DNA of 64,000 nucleotides from the human T2T-CHM13v2.0 reference genome, Homo sapiens. Position 1 is the first letter of the stretch. Each line of letters opens with the position of its first letter. The notes under the pieces are model-generated. The model was not told where the DNA came from, searched no databases, and saw only the letters and a list, made by a program, of their open reading frames with translations. The position numbers and the translations under genes are program-made. Positions 14,680-27,399 of this stretch are shown in pieces. The stretch is from assembly GCF_009914755.1 (NCBI RefSeq), contig NC_060925.1; one strand, given 5' to 3'.

Positions 14680-14896
14680 TTTTTTTTTTTTTTGAGACAG
14701 GGTCTTGCTTGCTGTGTCACCCATGCTGGAGTGCAGTGATGCAATCATGGCTCACTACACCCTGACCTCCCTGGCTCAACTGATCCTCCCTCCTCAGCCT
14801 CCCGAGTAGCTGGGACCACAGGTGTGCATCAATTAACTTTTTTATGCCCAACTAATGTTTTTAAAATTATTTTTTGTCTCCCTTTATTGCTCAGGC
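14680..14896 (-). mobile_element. Truncated AluJ (mainly right arm)
   Basis: tttgagacagggtcttgc...atcatggctcac...tgatcctcc, AluJ-type diagnostics; flanking repeat ttattttgcag. Confidence 0.85.
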
Positions 14897-15009
14897 TTAT
14901 TTTGCAGACATTTTTAAGACAAAATTTTTGTTATGTAAGACTTTTTGTTATAAAAATTGTTATATAAGACTTTATAAGACATAAAATTTTGTAATATGAG
15001 GCTTTTCCT

Positions 15010-15430
15010 GGTTGAAAAGTGTTTCATTTTTCAATGTTTTGTATTTGTATGAAATCAGTCTTTTTGCCAGCACACTGAATCTTGTCAGATTGGATGCAGA
15101 GTTTCTTTCTGCAACACTTTTACTGTTTGGTAACAACCTTTTCTTAGGAGGAGAAGCTACAGATACTACCTTGGCTGCTAACAAGTTTTCAGATTAGACC
15201 AATTTCACAGTGTTGACTAGGGAAGAAAACTGATTGAACTTCCATGGGCTTTAGACTGAAACCAATGACTAGCATTTTATCTCTTTTGGATGTGAGCATG
15301 ATTAGAAGTCAGTCTGAAGATTTTCTTTCACCAGCATTGATAATTCTTGTCAATGCGACCTCAGACACATATTGCCTTCTTTTCTGTGCATCCTCTGACC
15401 AGATAGAATTTCTTCTATTTTGGATGACAT
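15010..15430 (-). mobile_element. Possible ancient RTE-clade LINE (L4/MamRTE-like) reverse-transcriptase remnant
   Basis: Minus-strand translation NRRNSIWSEDAQKRRQYVSEVALTRIINAGERKSSD*LLIMLTSKRDKMLVIG, then QGSI in another frame and VLAKRLISYK, loosely follows the RTE RT motif order; very degenerate. Confidence 0.3.
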
Positions 15431-17264
15431 GCTGCATTTTAAAGATGCAAGGTGTAATCTAGATAAATATAAATTCATTGGATGCTACCTTTGGAAAAGA
15501 GCTGAGGATTATCTTAGAGCTGTTCTTTTCCTCTTTTTCTTTCAGAATTGTTATTTTCTGCTCAAGATTGCCCTCCCAAGCCTACCTCATGGCAGCACAC
15601 ACACACATACAGTCACATTCAAACACACCATTGTACTGTTACTTGCAAAATTTTGCATATTTGGGACCAACATACCTGTTATTCTGAAGTGCTGTCGTAT
15701 GAAAGAATAAGTAAAGGTACTGTTTATATCTTTCGATGTATGTCTAGCACTAATGGGAGTTAGGGGACAGATAGATGTCAACTCCATGCAAAGAAAGTCA
15801 TTATGACAATGAAGAAGGCCAACAGTGGACTTGTGGAGGAGCTGGGGACCCTACATCTGGGAGGGAATGGTTCTGCTGAGGTGGTTCAGAGATTTTGTAG
15901 CTGTGATGGGTTAGAAAATTAGATGAGAAGATTGTCAAAATTTTGTACAATGTACAGAATTTTGAAACAAAAATTTAATGAATGGTTTGGGGAATAAATG
16001 GCATTTTACGTTGACTGTTTTATTTCTCTCAAATTTAGACCCTCACTGGGAAATTATTTTTGAGTCATAAACAATAGACCCATTTCACATCTATTCATAT
16101 TTTCTCTCTCTCCATGATTTTTAGATTTAAAACAAGACCACAAGCCAACTTTAAACAGTTCATCTTTCTTCCTTTTTTTATTGTTTTTTAACTTCATGGT
16201 TTTATCTCAGATAATTTGCTAATTCTAGCTACGGGTGCCTTCCTCCCAGCTCCCCCAGTGTGGTAGCTGTCATTCTTAACAAACTGGGATACTCACGAGA
16301 CATCTAGAGTTCAGTTGATGATAGTCCAGAGTGTGTGAGCAGTGCAGGGAAATCTGTAGCTGTGAGCACTCATCTTTGACCACAGAAGCGCTGTTCAGAT
16401 GTGGCCAGATGGAATTCCTATGAATCTCTCTTCTGTGAAGTGGGATTTTTGTGGCACCAACAGCAAAGCGATTCATGAGTGAAAAGCCTTCTCTGGTGCT
16501 GCCATTTCCATCACTGTTTCTGCCTCCTTTTGCTTTTGTTAGGCGTAGGCCCTTTATTTATTCAGACAAAAGTTTTTAAAAGATTAGAGCATACTTCCAT
16601 ATTAATAACATCCCATGAGTTACCATTTTGAGGGAAATGTGCACATTTGTGTAGGGGTTTTGCTGAGGAAAAGGAATGAGGAGTGAAAGGAGTCTCACCC
16701 AGTTGGATAGTGGTATGCCTTGGAAATGCACTGAACCTTTTTTTTTTTTTTTTTTTTTTTGATGCAGCTCTTCACAGATGGATAAGGTAAGGCACTGTCT
16801 GCAATGCGTGAAGCACTTTTTAAAAAGTGAGAACTCCCAGTAGACCTGTGGTGTTGCAGGAGCAGGTCAAGTGCTTTCTTTCTTTAATATTTAGCTAAGA
16901 GAGATCACTTAGGTGAACCGTTCCCTATAACTAGATCATCCTTTGCTTTTTCCTGTTCACATTATGATTGAACTCTTGTTTTTGTACACCAGTAAAATCT
17001 TGCATCTGAAAATCTTATTGCAAGCAAGTCTGCCCAGTTTTATCATTTTTTCTGCCATATTCCTTCTGAGAGCAGCTAGTTTGGAAAAGTATGGTCCATG
17101 CCAGGCAGAGTGAGCTCAGAAGAGGAAGGGAAATATGTAGTGTTTTAAGAGCATGAAGAGGAAAAGACTACTCTGGTAGCTTTTCTATCTGTATGTTTGT
17201 TTTGGCTTTTAGTCTTGAAAAGACTCAAATTCTCTTTCCCATCCTTTATTTCTAAATTCAAAGG

Positions 17265-17480
17265 GAAGCAGTTTGACATATTAGAAGCCCTGTCTTTGGA
17301 GTCAGGAAGACCTGAGTTTGAAACTGTGTGTTGTGACCTTAGACAAACTACTTAATCTTTCTGAGATCCAGTTTGCTGTCTGTACAATAGGAATAATAGA
17401 AGTCTATCATAGGATTGTTATAAGGGTTAAATAAGACATTGCTTATGAACCTTATACGTAGTGGCTTGCTATTATTCTTG
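17265..17480 (+). mobile_element. MIR SINE
   Basis: ctttggagtcaggaagacctgagtttgaa...tgtgaccttagacaaactacttaatctttctgag. Confidence 0.75.
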
Positions 17481-18297
17481 TATTAACAAGGTTGTCCTGG
17501 CATTTCTTCCTACTGTTAATTTTCACAAAATATGATATGTCTTAAGCTTTATTATTGAAAATAATAAAGCTTTAAACTTTTAATAAACATGTCTGGAGTC
17601 TAAGATGGAAGATGTTAAAAAGGGCTCAGACGTGATTGGTTTCTTGATGATTAAGTAGTGGGCAGTCAAAGATACTTGTTTTATGACACATTTAGGAGAA
17701 AGTACTGAATGAAGCTCTTAACAGTAACAGCCCCTTTAATTAGGGGACCAGAGTAGAGGAGTCATTCCCAGCGCTGCCTGGGAGGAGGATGAATTTCCTG
17801 CTGTACTGGAGTAGCCCTGGGCAAAGGACCCAAAAGAACTGCTGTATTAAGGAAACCTGGAAACTAAAAAACACAAGAGTTTTGTTTTTTTTTTCCCCTG
17901 TCAGATATTGGTCTTTTGTATTCCAGTGGTATTAAATGGAAATGGGTTTTTTCAGAGGAAAAGTAATACTTGAGAGAACTCCATTATCTATCAGATTTAT
18001 ATATTTTGCCTTAGAGAAATGCAACCTGTTCATTGTGTAAAAAGCCGTCGTGTGTATACAGATTTGCTCTTCTGGAAGCCATCAATAGCCAGCTAGGGTT
18101 AAACAGGTTTCCCTTCCCCTAAATGGTTTTGTTATTATTTATTTATTTTGTGTTCTTTTAAAATTTATTTTTCCATATAATCTCTGTGAGGGCAGGGATC
18201 ATACAGCTCTCAAGGTACACATCACAGTATGCAGATAGGCCCAAAATAAACAAACATCTTTATTTTTAAAGTTTTTTAATTATAAAAAGTAATACGA

Positions 18298-18430
18298 GGC
18301 CAGGCACAGTGGCTCATACCTGATACCTGTAATCCCAGCACTTTGGGAGGCTGAGGCGGGTGGATCACCTGAGGTCAGGAGTTTGAGACCAATCTGGCCA
18401 ACATGGTGATACCCCATCTCTATGAAAAAT

Positions 18431-18464
<34 letters not shown>

Positions 18465-18625
18465 ATTAGCCAGGAATGGTGGTGTGTGCCTGTAGTTCCA
18501 GCTACTCGGAAGGGTGAGGCAGGAGAATCACTTGAACCCAGGAGATGGAAGTTACAGTAAGCAGAGATTGCGGCCACTGCACTCCAGCCTGGGCAACAGA
18601 GCAAGACTCTGTCTCAAAAAAAAAA
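18298..18625 (+). mobile_element. Alu (AluSx-like) with (CAA)n expansion in the middle A-rich linker
   Basis: Full dimer; (CAA)n at about 18432-18463; flanking repeat aaaagtaata. Confidence 0.95.
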
Positions 18626-19375
18626 TTAAAAAGTAATATGGGATTATTATAGTTTGGAAAATACAGAAAAATGGAAGAGAAGTCAGGTACAGTTTCACTG
18701 TCCAAAAATAATTAACATTAACATCTTGGTATACTTCCTTCCAGCCTTTTTCTGTTAGTACAGAGCTTTATGCTAGCTATTTATGATTATGAATACAGAT
18801 ATATCCTAAAAGATCTTCTCATGCTGAGCCCAGGTGTTGTAGGATAGAAACTGATGGTAGCCAGGCAAAGTGTATAGACATAAAAACTGGGATGACAGAA
18901 TCACGGGGAAGGGTATAATACCTTTGGGTTCCTTAGCTCAGGGCTGTCTCATTTCTGCAGCAGGCAATGTGGTTTTCCTCAAGTGGAATAAGATTGCAAA
19001 AGGAAGGTTGGTAAGCTCAAAAGAAATCTTCACATTGCCCCTGTGATAGGTAGCAAAGGTGATGAAACAACCCAATTTTGCTGTGTTATGGTATTCCTGT
19101 TTTCAGAAAAATTAAAAAAACACAAAAACCATTTCTTTGAATAAATTCAGGCTTTAATGTACTTTTTTCCCCCAGAACATTTCTCCTAAGGGCTTAAATT
19201 ATTATCACATATGGAGAAGGAGACTTAAATATGAGAGGATGTAAGATCCTTAAGCATGTACAAATTTTCGTGGCATCTATCACAGTCCTGAATCCTGAAA
19301 GACTATTTTCTGTTGAGTTAGATCTTTCCTTATAAATGCTTTCTGGGATGGCCCATGCATCTCTGACAGTTCTCA

Positions 19376-19386
19376 TGCTGAGTCAT
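19376..19386 (+). promoter_or_regulatory. Consensus NRF2/small-MAF ARE with embedded AP-1 site
   Basis: TGCTGAGTCAT exact motif match; occupancy unknown. Confidence 0.35.
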
Positions 19387-20194
19387 ACCTTGTTCTGTTA
19401 AATTTATCCATTATTGGACAAAGACTGGAAGAATGGATATGACATTGGGAAGTGTGCAAGACTTCCACAGATCACTTGTAGAGAGGGATGATTTCATTGT
19501 AATCCTACCTCACTGGACACCTCAAACCTGCCAGTCTCATCTGTAAAGTGAGCATTTTTATCCCCTTTCCTTGGCTCTCTTGGCTCCATCTACAGGCAAC
19601 ACTCAGGTGGACTTCTTTACTGAAGAGAAGAGCGTAATATTCTTCTAGTTTGCCTAGCTCTTTGGCATTTAGAAAACTAGAGAAATGCATAAATTTAGCA
19701 AAGGATCAGGGCCAATGTGATGGCTGAACTGGCATCATTTCACATTTTTCATGCTCTGTATTTATAGCAATAAATTTCAAGTAAGAAAATAGATTGCAAG
19801 GAGTATGCTGTATTAGGAAGGAAGTTTGTACACTTTCGTGGCTTATGGGTATCTTAGTATAACCTTTTCTGGTTGAGTGAACTGTGTCATTTCAAAAGCC
19901 TGAAGACATTGTGATGACTGCTGCCTCCATAATGGCTACATTCTAGGGGCTTTGCCCTGAATCGCATATATTAACTCAAAAAACAAACAGTACCCAGTTT
20001 TTATTGGGAAAATTACAGTACCAGAAGTTATGTTTCTCAGTCATTGAGACCTTATGAAGCCTTAATAATATTTAGAAGATTCTGGTTCCTTGTCTTCCTT
20101 TTTTGAGTCAGCAGTTGGTCACAGTTCAGAAATGAATTACAAATTACAATTTATTAGTAATGATAATATTTAAGTAGTAATGATGATGATAAAT

Positions 20195-20370
20195 AGTAAC
20201 AGCTTATTTTTTAAAAAGATACCAAGCTAAATGCTTTCATGGATTATCTCATTTAATTGTCTCAACAACCTTTTAAGTCTTATATTTTTATCATTGCCGT
20301 TTTATAGATGAAGAAAGTCAATTTTCAGAGAACTTAAATAACTTCTCATAGATGTCTAGAGCAAATAAGA
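20195..20370 (-). mobile_element. MIR SINE
   Basis: ggattatctcatttaattgtctcaacaacc...gttttatagatgaagaaa. Confidence 0.65.
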
Positions 20371-20460
20371 GACACCAGGAAATATTACACCCAATTAAAC
20401 ATGTTTTCTCCCACATATTCCGTCAATTAGAGACTTGTAGAGAAGGGTGCTATTTTTCTT

Positions 20461-20731
20461 TTCATTTTTATTTTTTTCGAGACAAAGTCTGGCTCTGTCA
20501 CCCAGGCTGGAGTTCAGTGGTGCAGTCTTGGCTCACTGCAACCTCTGCCTCATGGGCTCGAGCCATCCTTGCACCTCAGCCCCCAAGTAGCTGGGACTAC
20601 AGGCATGCACCACCACACCTGGATAATTTTTGTATTTTTTGTAGACACTGGGTTTTGCCATGTTGCCCAGGCTGGTCTCGAACTTGTGAACTCAAACCAT
20701 CTGCCCGCCTGGCCTCCCAAAGTGCTGGGAT
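20461..20731 (-). mobile_element. AluJ, slightly 5'-truncated
   Basis: Antisense Alu with AluJ-type diagnostics (gggctcgagccatcct, gttgcccaggctgg); TSD tgctatttttc on both sides. Confidence 0.9.
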
Positions 20732-22479
20732 TGGTTGCTATTTTTCAAATGTGAGAAAACTCCTTTAGAAGTTTTAGTCTTCATGAGTCTTATGCGCTTA
20801 GGGTGTGGATTTAAATTAGCAAATTGGGTTGTTGGATTTGTAGTTGCAGCAGAAAGGGGTTGTTTGTGGATTTTTAAGTAGGGGTGATAGCATAGGGGCC
20901 TGCTTTTAAAAGAGGGATAAGCAAGCAAGGAACTTTCAGTGCTTAAGGGCACAGGTGGGGCAGAACATCAAAGACAGATTCCATCTGTGCTAACATTTCA
21001 CCTTTACTCCACTGAAAATTTTCTAAGATGTCACCTTTGAGACACACTAAAGCTTATTTTTCTAGACAATTAACAAATAAATTACATTTACTCCAAGGAC
21101 AGTGTAATATTAATCTATAAGGATATTTTAGATTTTAGAAAGCATGAGTTTTGAATTCTAGTTTATTATGCAGTATGGTCTCTGAGCCATGAATTGTCTT
21201 CATCTTTATGTCCAGCAGATAATGTGGTAAGGACTTCTTAAAGCTTTTTGAATAATTGAATTAATGAATAAAATTTATAAAGTTTTCTATCATCTACTAA
21301 ACATCTGCTTGTGAATTTTAAAGAAGCTCATTTTCTATAACATTAAAAAGAGGCTGTAAAACATCGTTTTTACTAACAATTTCATTTTATACATTGCAGT
21401 TGTCCTTATTGATAAAAGAGAACTTTGTGGTTTGATGCATAAAAGAAAATTTACTATTCAGTATAGTTGGGACTGTATCTTCAGGCACAGACACTGCATT
21501 CAGACCTGCAGACCCCCACCCTGCTCAGTGTCTGGGTTGCAGCCCAGACTGAGGTTGAGCCAGAGGAAGAAGGAGGCCGTGTGGTTAAACCACTTGTGGA
21601 TAATCGAAAGTAGACCATACTTATTTTCAATTTGGCAGCTGCATTAGCTTTTTACTAAAGTGTGCAGCTTTGCCTGGTTCTGCTAATGTTGCCTTCACAC
21701 TGTGGCCTGGTCACCATTAGTGGTCTGGCAGAGATATCTGAGGAGGCTCACCATTGCTCCTCTTGACTGTTCCACTGCCCATCCCAGTATTTTCCCTGAC
21801 TTTTCCTATGTTCTGTGGTATCAGGCAGTTGGATCAATTGCAGTGACTGCATCGAAAGAAAAAGACAAAAATCGGGAAAGTATAACCCCGAGGGCAACAA
21901 TAATGAAATTTTAAATTTAAAGTGACCCAAGTTTGATGTACAGGATATGAAAATGCTGTGGTTCCTCCAGTGGTTTCATATACTTTGATTCAGACCCTTA
22001 GAAGTTCCTGGTGGGCAGTTGACAATTGAGTATCAGTCTTGATGCTCCAGATTTGAATACCATTTCAGTTGGAGGCATGGTGCGCCTGATATAGATGACG
22101 TGTGAATGTTTCAATGTCAACAGGAGATGCGGGTTGTGAAGATATGTGTTCACATGAAACAGACTGCAAGTCTAAGTCTCCAAGGATGAGCTGATATATG
22201 TAACCCTGTTCATGATGGGCCTGTGTTTTTTTCATTTTCTGTTTTCCTCTCTGGCAGATGATAGATCATTTAAATCTGTACTGGCACATGGACGTGGTTT
22301 CCCACCCCAACTGAACTTGAGTTAGAAGAACCTCAGCTCTGTAGTGATCTTATTTTACTGTTTTCCCAGGATAGAATGCCCTTGGTACCACATACTGTAT
22401 GCAGAGTATTTATGATTGCTTGAGTACAGTTCCTTGGAAAGGACACAAGGGGTTTCATAAAGCGGTACTAAAAATCTGC

Positions 22480-23020
22480 TTTTCTCCCTAGCATTTACCA
22501 ACAACCTTGCGATCCGATGGCTTGAAATAATGGTCAGAGTGCATGTTACCCAACTTCTCCTGGCTGCTCCTACTCTGTCACACTGCACACAGATCATGCC
22601 CGCCACCACCCTACACTCCCCGACCTCACCCACCAGTCAGACAGTTTAAGTCCTGCTGACGCACCAGGCGTGTGTTGGCTCGTGGTTGTACTTTTCATGA
22701 GTAGCAGGGAAGATACACTCCAGGAAGGTGGGATACAAATTATTGAACTGTGTGACTTAAAAGCTCCAGTGAGTTTCGTCGGAAGTATAGGAGTTTGAAA
22801 GTGCTCCCCAGTCAAACCCAGAACTACATAGGGTCAGCCGTGGTTGAGCTAATTTCTGCTTACACATGTGTGGAGGGTGTCATTTTCTGACTACGCCTAG
22901 GCCTGAGTGGACAGCCGATTAAAAGATGTAAATTCGTGGATTGTATCAAGGAGAGCGGGTTCCATCTTTGTGGTCAGGAGGGGGCCCACTCTTTTGTTCC
23001 GCAAAGGGTTTATCTGGATG
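22480..23020. promoter_or_regulatory. Candidate enhancer (locally CpG- and GC-enriched unique sequence)
   Basis: More CpGs than the surroundings; ETS cggaagt (about 22780), CRE half-site tgacg (about 22657), CACCC boxes. Confidence 0.35.
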
Positions 23021-23319
23021 TTCCTTGCTGGAAGTTGCTTTTCCAGTTTGGATCAAACCACTTAAGTGGAGCTCCAGCCTCAGTCCTTGCAATAAAAAAA
23101 AAAAAGTCCTGGAAAGCCAGAATTTTGCTAATATCTTACATAGAATCTCAATGATGGGAATTGGGAGTAGAAGGCAGAGAGTGGTGCTTGGCTGATGGAA
23201 GTTAAAAGTTGGGTTAATAATAAACTACATTTATATATCAGTTAACAGCTTGCTAAGTGCCCACATATTATTTGAGCTTCATACTTGCTTGCTGAGAAAG
23301 AATGGCTATTATTATCATT

Positions 23320-23460
23320 ATCATCATTACCACTTTCCATTTTATAGATAACAAAACTGAGGCTCTGAGAATTTAAAGAGATTTTCCCCAAATCATTAAA
23401 CGGTGACTTCTGAATCTGGATATATGACAAGACCTCTGTCCCCAGTCCCCTTGCTTTCAC
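23320..23460 (-). mobile_element. MIR SINE
   Basis: ccattttatagataacaaaactgaggctctgaga...ttccccaaatca. Confidence 0.7.
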
Positions 23461-25480
23461 CTCTATAATATATAGTAGCTAAGCTCAGCTTTCTGAGAAC
23501 TTCCCTGTCTTATGTCATATTTGACATTATAGGAGAATTGAAGATGTTTTGTAAGTACATACTTTGTTTACTACCTCAGTAGCCAGTATAACAAATGGCA
23601 CTGAAGTTTTATGCTTTGCTTGCTAAAACCAGCACCATTTGTGAAACAGGTCTTGGCTCCGAGTTACCCTTAAATGTAACTCCTTTATTATAAAATCATT
23701 TGCAAAGAGCTGCAGAGATCAAGGAATACACTCTTCCCACTTCCCTAATGCCAGGTAGTACTATGACAGGACTTCATAGTACCACTTCTTCAACAAAATA
23801 AGTGTCTGCAGTGAAATATTTGTTAAAATGCACATTTCTCAGTGAATATATTTCTTTTAAAACTGAAAAAAATAGTACCTAACGGAAATTTTATCATTGC
23901 TTTAAAATGTATTTTAATGAAGATATTAAAAAATACCTTTGATGGATTCTTCAATATTGTCGAACTGCTCAAAATGATTATACTGTTATATGAAGTCTAA
24001 AATCTTTCATGCAACTTACAAGAATATTTTTGTTGTATGCAACACAGTTGGAAAATTCTAGTGGGACCATGTCCATGCAATTACTGATTATGTAATGCTG
24101 TAAATTTTTGATAAGCATGTTCCAAGTTTTCCTGTTCTAAAAACAAAAACATTAAAATCACCCACTGTTGAAGACAAAAGATCATTACTTTATTAGGAGA
24201 TATTATTAGATATGTTTAGAACTAGTTAAAAAAAAAAAGTAAAAGACTGGTTAAAAAATTAAATTAACTCCACCAATAAAAATTCAGTTCCTTCTGTAGC
24301 TGATTAATGTAAGGTTCTTTCCACTGATGACCACTGAATAGAAAAAACTAAAGTAAATTTCATCATCATTGTAGAAGTGTAACTTATTCAAGTAAATGAG
24401 ATAAGCCAATTTTATATCTATCAAGCTATAATTAAATAAGGATGATACTATTTGACTTATAAATGACCTCTGTTTTATATTTCCTGTGGAAATCAGCTAA
24501 CTACAAAGGAATTGTTTATTAACTTACTTCACTAACATGATGAACAGAAGTATTTCAGGACTCATTTGCCCCTTTTTTATGTGACTCAGCGTCAGATTCT
24601 GCCCTTTGCTCTTCTGAGGTCAGTCTGACCCAGTCAGGTAAAATGAACAGCACATGAAAGTTTAGCGCATGCGGTCAGCATTCACGTACCTTGCTTTGGT
24701 TAAATAAATTCTTGAAATGCTTGATGGCTTATTTGCCATGAACTTGATAATTCCCCAAATTGCTGATGTTACCAGGTGCAAGGACAAATATTGATGGCTA
24801 TGAACCTTGCATGGTGCTGATGCACTGTGATAGTCATATCTTGTTGTAAACCATGTTGTAGTGACATAGTTCCAGTTCATTTACCCATTCCCTGTATCAG
24901 AGAGTTTGGGCCATTGTTGAACATCGCTGAGTTCAGTTCATGGTGCTGGGTAGTTCACATTTCTGGAAGGGCTGTAAGGTTTGCATAATCGTCCAGTGCT
25001 ATCATCATATCATCTTTGCCTGGAAGATGCATCTGCATAGCTTCAGTAGTTTTTAATGTCTTGGGATGCCCAACCCAGTACTGTGGGTTTCAATTTTTAT
25101 CTGTCATCGCCACAAACCCCTAAATTAAAAAAAAAACATGAAGAATATTCAGGTGACTATAAACATTTCAAAGAAGGCCTCTACTTCTTGCTCTGGGTAA
25201 AAGGTAGATGCAGTCTCATGGTGGAACATGAGAGTTATCTCAGTTGGCTCTTGAAATGAGAATGTTTCACTGTTTCAGCTGAACTGAATAGTCACTTTAG
25301 TTTTTAAAAACCTGCTCAATTCAACAAAACATGATTGATTGCTCAGGTAAATTAATTGCCTCTGAGACACATGTTTGAAATAGATATCTATACTCTCTCT
25401 GATACTAGTGTGTAGCAATAACTTTTACTGTCCTATTTTGTTTAACTGTCTGTGTATGTATGCTCTAAAAAGGGGATTGA

Positions 25481-25787
<307 letters not shown>

Positions 25788-25801
25788 AAAAAGGACATTG
25801 A

Positions 25802-26130
<329 letters not shown>

Positions 26131-26554
26131 GATTAAACTTTTCAATAGCTATATCTACTGTATGGACTCTATTAATGTACATAATTATGCCCAGAAGAGA
26201 ACTATATGTCATTATTAAATTTATGGTTAGAATAGTTGATCTATACTTTTTTCTCCTTAGCATTCCTTTAGCTGTGCTTCCAGAGCTGCTCAGAAACATG
26301 AGTTTTGCTTAATAATCCATAGCAGAGCTGAAGTCAAGAGGGGAAGGACCCACAGGACTTCAGCTGGATCTGGTTGGGAAAAGCTCAAGATTGGGAAATG
26401 GAACTTTGGTAGGCACATGTCAGTATGAAACATTTGCCTCACAGCCCCATACATGATTAACCTTTACTTTGCAGGGGAAAGGCTCACAGTCTTACTGCAG
26501 AATGAGAATAAACCTCATTTCAGTGGTTTATAAACTCTTAAATGTAACAGAATA

Positions 26555-26785
26555 TAGGCCTAAAATTAGACATTGTATTCAGTCTGAGCTCTGCCACTTA
26601 AGAATTCTGGGACTTTGGGCAGGCTGCTTATTATCCACTAACCTCAATTTCTTCAGCTCCTAAAAGGGCAGTTGTCATACCTATATTATGGCACTGTTTT
26701 GAAGAAGAAATGAGGTAATGCCTAAAAGTGTTTAACATAGTCACTGGCACAGAGAAGATACTTAATAAATGTTGATTTCCTTCTT
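26555..26785 (+). mobile_element. MIR SINE
   Basis: gctctgccactta...ctttgggcagg...cctcaatttcttcagct...acttaataaatgttg. Confidence 0.65.
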
Positions 26786-27136
26786 GTTCAGCAAAACCTT
26801 AAGGCAGAAAGCTCCTAAGGCATGATTATATATTTCATTCTTTCAGTAGCATTTGCCAAACATTTTTACCATATTGTTGCTAAGTAGGTAAAACAGAAAG
26901 ACACATATCTAAATATGCAGAGACATATTTTGTAATGGAGGTACCACTCTGTTTTTGTAAGGCGTTGCTGATTCTCACTTCGCTTCTGCATCTCTGAATA
27001 TGTTACAATTGTAAGAGATGTTTGAAGCTTTGGGGATCTTCTAATGGAAATGGGGGTTCTTCACCGAATGTTCATGTACCGACTTCAAGAGGTCAAAGAA
27101 TCACGAATTGATATACAAAGTGGTGTATGTTGGAGT

Positions 27137-27283
27137 ATAGTCGTCGCTTGGTATCTGCAGGGGATTCGTTCCCAGACATTCCCACAGATGATAAAATCCA
27201 CGGATGCTCAAGTTCCTCACAGTCAGTCCTTCATGCCAGTGGGTTCTGTATCCATGGATTCAATCAACCACGAATTGAAAATA
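27137..27283 (+). mobile_element. Tigger-family non-autonomous element (MER2/MER8-like), partial
   Basis: tagtcgtcgcttggtatctgcaggggattcgttcc...aaaatccacggatgctcaagt...tatccatggattcaatcaaccacgaattgaaaata matches recalled MER2-family termini. Confidence 0.75.
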
Positions 27284-27399
27284 CCGTCATCACGTAAAAC
27301 TTGTAACATACATTCTAGGAAAAAGAAGAAAATAAAATCACCTTGGGAAAATAATCCTTAAAATTTTACTATGTAGGGATTTATTCTTCCAAACATATA

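Noticed and set aside
19911-19960. GTGATGA...CTGA snoRNA-like pair
   Set aside because: Too short (about 50 nt) and lacks a terminal stem
22765-22830. GACGAAAC on the minus strand resembling a hammerhead ribozyme core
   Set aside because: No CUGANGA at the required position and no stem II
24537-24620. Box C (ATGATGA) and box D (CTGA) about 80 nt apart
   Set aside because: No convincing terminal stem or recognisable rRNA/snRNA guide; such motif pairs occur by chance
24650-25040. Balanced-composition stretch that looked like a decayed coding sequence
   Set aside because: The translations I checked showed no recognisable motif
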